Positions 60,099 through 64,000 of a stretch of 64,000 bases of DNA are shown here, piece by piece (the stretch's first letter is position 1; each line of letters starts with the position of its first letter). The notes beneath the pieces were generated by a model, which had not been told where the DNA came from, did no database searches, and saw only the letters and a program-made list of their open reading frames with translations. Made by a program: the position numbers and the translations under genes. The stretch is from positions 1,984,001-2,048,000 of the forward strand of contig JASTWF010000035.1 in the NCBI GenBank assembly GCA_030390025.1. The letters are read 5' to 3'. This DNA is from Squalus acanthias (Eukaryota).

Positions 60099-60299
60099 CA
60101 TAAGAACATAAGAAATAAGAATGGGAGTCGGCCACACGGCCCCTCGCGCCTGCTCCGCCATTCAATAAGATCATGGCTGATCATCGACCTCAACTGCACT
60201 TTCCCGCCCAATCTCCATATCACTTGATTCCCCTAGAGTCCAATAATCTATCTATCTCAGCCTTGAATATACTCAAAGACTCAGCATGCACAGCCCTCT
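60099..60299 (-). mobile_element. CR1 3' tail fragment
   Basis: (CATAAGAA)n and CR1 3' UTR motifs. Confidence 0.85.
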
Positions 60300-60877
60300 C
60301 GTTCACCTTGACAAATTTTTAAACTTCTTCCTGCACTGCATCCATGTTCTTGGAGCAATACTCCTGGCATTGACCTCCTCCACTACTTGTTCCCACTGCA
60401 GGGCCTCCTGCTCTCCTACAGGATGTCTCTCCTTCTCTCAACCTATTCCACCAAGACTTCCAGTGCATTGTCTGAAAACCTTGGTGCTCACTCTCTCACA
60501 TGTTCACCATCGCTCAAAGTATCACAGCCCGGATTGACTTTTGAAAAACTCCCACCACTTCTTGCAGCCATAATGTACCTCTCCTTTAAGAGGTGCAGAC
60601 TGCCTTTAAGTAGTGCTAGCTACTTGCGGTATCAGGCCCCCTGCTGATGTGTGAATCCAAAGAACAGTACGGGGAGTGCTGGCTGCACACAGCAAATATT
60701 TAAAAGAGCAGGCAGCGCCAATTTAAGGTGCTGCATGCAACGCAATGAGCAGGTGTGGGCTAATCGCGGATCATGATCCCCAAACCCATTTTTGGGTCTC
60801 AGCCAATTTCTCCCCCATAATCTTTGTCAGATTTTACTTCCCTGAAGTTGGTATAAGTGTGTAAATAAGTATATTCG

Positions 60878-61040
60878 TGTCAAGCGTGGCTCAGTGGAGC
60901 ACTCTTACCTCTGAGTGAGAAGGTAGTAGGTTCAAGTCCCACTCCAGGGACAGGACGCAACAATACTGAGGGTACTTACATGATTTGAACTCGTTCTCTG
61001 GATTACTGGTACAGTTAGGTAACCACTACACTACCGTACC
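60878..61040. mobile_element. Two degraded tRNA-derived SINE heads (+ ~60878-60975, DeuSINE-like; minus ~60980-61040)
   Basis: TGGCTCAGTGG...GGTTCAAGTCCCACTCCAG on +; GGTAGTGTAGTGG...GAGTTCAAATC on minus. Confidence 0.6.
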
Positions 61041-61067
61041 TTAGTGCTGTGTTGCTCAAAGGTTGAG

Positions 61068-61350
61068 GGGGGAGTTTGACAAAGGTGTGAAAAATGACAA
61101 AGGGAACAGATATGGTGAACACAGACAGATCATTTCCATTGGTAGGTCAATCAGAGACTAGAGGCCACAATCTCAAGACAAGCACCAGATATATAAAGGG
61201 TGAGATTAGAAGTGACTTTTTTCATGCAAAGAGTTACTGGATTGTGGAATGCTTTGCTACAAGTGGTAATCTACATTAAAGTGCACCACAGCTCTCAAAG
61301 ATACTGGATAAATACTTAAAGAAGATCAATATAAAGGGTGTGCGGAGAAC
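61068..61350 (+). mobile_element. Very old CR1 3' fragment
   Basis: FPLVGQSETRGHNLK...IRSDFF in ORF 61094-61279. Confidence 0.7.
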
Positions 61351-61460
61351 GCAGGATTTGGGTAGTTTTGCATGAGCTCAAGCTTATGGAGGATGGAAGT
61401 TGGGAGGCTGGTCAGAGGAGCATTGGAATAGTCAAGTCTAGAGCAGATGAGCTGAGGCTG

Positions 61461-61901
61461 GTGTCGGGAGCGACGAGACCGGAGGTCCTGTGAGTATTTG
61501 AACTCACTTTCGCAGGCTTTTCTTTCACAGGCAGGTGTCAGGAGCGACGAGACCGGAGGAACAGTGAGTATTTGAACTCACTTTCGCAGGCTTTTCTTTC
61601 ACAGGCAGGTGTCGGGAGCGACGTGACCGGAGGTCCAGCGAGTATTTGAACTCACTTTCGCAGGCTTTTCTTTCACAGGCAGGTGTCGGGAGCGACGAGA
61701 CCGGAGGTCCTGTGAGTATTTGAACTCACTTTCGCAGGCTTTTCTTTCACAGGCAGGTGTCAGGAGCGACGAGACCGGAGGTCCAGTGAGTATTTGAACT
61801 CACTTTCGCAGGCTTTTCTTTCACAGGCAGGTGTCGGGAGCGACGTGACCGGAGGTCCAATGAGTATTTGAACTCACTTTCGCGGGCTTTTCTTTTACAG
61901 G
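61461..61901 (+). repeat. Six 74-bp tandem monomers at the 5' end of CR1-H
   Basis: Units start at 61461, 61535, 61609, 61683, 61757 and 61831. Confidence 0.95.
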
Positions 61902-63116
61902 CACACCAATCTCAGCATTCCAGAGCCACTTCACGATTCAAATCGTGACGCGGGCAGGAGGGACCAGCTGATTGGGTGAGTACGGCTAGGTAAGTATTTA
62001 TACTACTCTATAGTTTGACAGTTAAGGTTCATAGTTTATAAAGTTTAGAAGGTCTTAATTTTGTGGATATAGTTTCTAGTGCTAGTAACCAAGGGCCCTT
62101 GAGTATATCATTTAATTGAGTGTAATTGGTGGTATTGATTTGATTTAATTTAAGTTCAATTAATTAAAGGGTAAGTCATGACAGGACAGCCCAGCCCCGT
62201 GCTATGCTCCTCCTGCTCGATGTGGGAAATCAGGGACCCTTCCGGTGTCCCTAACAACCATGTGTGCGGGAAGTGTATCCAGCTGCAGCTACTGACAGAC
62301 CGCATTGCGGCGCTGGAGCTGCAGATGGAGGCGTATTGGAGCATTCGCGATGCTGTGAACCTCGTGGATAGCACGTTTAGAGAGTTGGTCACACCGCAGG
62401 CAAAGGGTGCACAGGCAGTAAGTAAATGGGTGACCACCAGGCAGAGTAAGAGGTGAAGGCAGGTAGTGCAGGGGTCCCCTGTGGACATCCCCCTCTCAAA
62501 CAGATATACCACTTTGAATACTGTTGGGGGGGATGACTTATCAGGGAAAGGCAGCAGCAGCCAACTTCCTGGCTCCATGGGTGGCTCTGCTGCACAGGCT
62601 GGGAGGAAAAAGAGTGGTAGAGCTATAGTGATAGGGGACTCAATTGTAAGGGGAATAGATAGGCGTTTCTGCGGCCACAACCGAGACTCCAGGATGGTGT
62701 GTTGCCTCCCTAGTGCAAGGGTCAAGGACGTCTCAGAGCGGCTACAGAACATTTTGGAGGGGAGGGCGAACAGCCAGCTGTTGTGGTGCACATAGGCACC
62801 AACGATATAGGTAAAAAAGGGGATGAGGTCCTAAAAGCAGAATATAGGGAGTTAGGAGGTAAATTAAAAAATAGGACCTCAAAGGTAGCAATCTCAGGAT
62901 TGCTACCAGTGCCATGTGCTAGTCAGAGTAGAAATAGGAGGATCATTCAAATGAATACATGGCTAGAGGAATGGTACAAGGGGGAGGGATTCAAATTCCT
63001 GGGACATTGAACCGGTTCTGGGGTAGGTGGGACCAGTACAAACCGGATGGTCTGCACCTGGGCAGGGCCGGGACTGCTGTCCTAGGGGGAGTGTTTGCTA
63101 GTGCTGTTGGGGAGGG

Positions 63117-63126
63117 TTTAAACTAA
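63117..63126 (+). promoter_or_regulatory. Candidate -1 frameshift slippery site T_TTA_AAC + TAA at the CR1-H junction
   Basis: The -1 frame is open for 18 codons into ORF 63171-63773; the first in-frame ATG lies inside the endonuclease (WELNMPG). Confidence 0.7.
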
Positions 63127-64000
63127 AGTGGCAGGGGGTTGGGCACCTGAGCAGGGAGACAGAGGAAAGCGTGTCAGGAAGGGGCAGAAGGTATGGAGTA
63201 AAAGGTAAAGTGTTAAAAAAGGAAAAAGCAGGAACTAAGTATCACAAAACATATTTGAAAGTTCTTTATCTGAATGCACGTAGCATTCGTAACAAAATAG
63301 ACGAGTTAACGGCACAAATAACTACGTATGGGTATGATCTTGTGGCCATTACAGAAACATGGCTGCAGGGTGACAACGACTGGGAATTAAATATGCCAGG
63401 GTATTTAACAATCAGGAAGGACAGGCAGGAAGGAAGGGGAGGTGGGGTGGCTATGTTAATAAAGGAAGGAATCACTGTAATACAGAGAAATGATATTGGG
63501 TCAAAGGATCAGGATAATGAAACAGTTTGGGTGGAGATAAGGAATAATAAGGGGAAAAAAACACTAGTGGGAGTAGTATATAGGCCTCCTAATAGTTGCA
63601 ACTCTGCTGGAAGAAGTATTAATCAGGAAATAGTTGGGGCATGTAATAAGGGAACAGCTATAATTATGGGGGTTTTAACTATCATATTAACTGGACAAAT
63701 CAAATTGGGCAGGGCAGCCTTGAGGAAGAGTTTATTGAGTGTATTAGGGATGGAATTCTTGAGCAGTATGTAACTGATCCTACAAGGGGGCAATCAACCT
63801 TGGACCTGGTCCTGTGTAATGAGTCAGGATTAATTAATAATGTCCTAGTTAAGGATCCCCTTGGAATGAGTGACCATAACATGGTTGAATTCCATATCCA
63901 ATTAGAGGGTGAGAAGGTTGGTTCTCAAACAAGCGTACTGAGCTTGAATAAAGGAGACTATGATGGCATGAGAGCAGAATTGATTAAAGTGGACTGGGAA

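Larger units (their letters stand above)
56898..60816. mobile_element. Older Harbinger derivative (56898-57210 and ~60300-60816) split by CR1 insertions
   Basis: TIRs GGGTGAGACATTGG / CCAATTTCTCCCCC; minus-strand Myb/SANT-like remnant at ~60303-60500 (APRFSDNALEVLVE...QWEQVVEEVNARSIAPRTWMQCRKKF); 3-bp TSD not clean. Confidence 0.72.
61461..64000 (+). mobile_element. 5' part of CR1 LINE 'H' (5' UTR, disrupted ORF1 62178-63126, ORF2 endonuclease), continues past the window
   Basis: CSSC..CGKC, IGDSIVRG, VHIGTND, DGLHL; ORF 63171-63773 with YLNARSIRNK, AITETWL, YRPPN. Confidence 0.95.

Overview
Eukaryotic, gene-poor, almost entirely repetitive DNA. The CR1 density and the HE1-type V-SINEs and SacSINE1-type DeuSINEs point to a cartilaginous fish (shark); this is inference. 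Bases 1-15326 are a 39/41-bp purine-rich satellite with a ~3830-bp higher-order period. It runs directly into a CR1 LINE ORF1 segment that resembles its own monomer. The rest is a deeply nested transposon stack: many CR1 LINEs (ORF1 zinc finger/leucine zipper plus SGNH esterase; ORF2 APE endonuclease plus RT), a second CR1-group lineage, L2, an RTE with a ~160-bp flanking duplication, three solo LTRs, Penelope pieces with a minimal hammerhead ribozyme, tRNA-derived SINEs, and at least seven non-autonomous PIF/Harbinger-type elements. No host gene is recognisable. The most notable signal is at all four CR1 ORF1/ORF2 junctions: an in-phase slippery heptamer U_UUA_AAC plus stop, with ORF2 open in the -1 frame from that heptamer, suggesting -1 programmed ribosomal frameshifting. 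Family names come from recognised motifs, not database searches. Boundaries were read by eye and may be off by a few bases.
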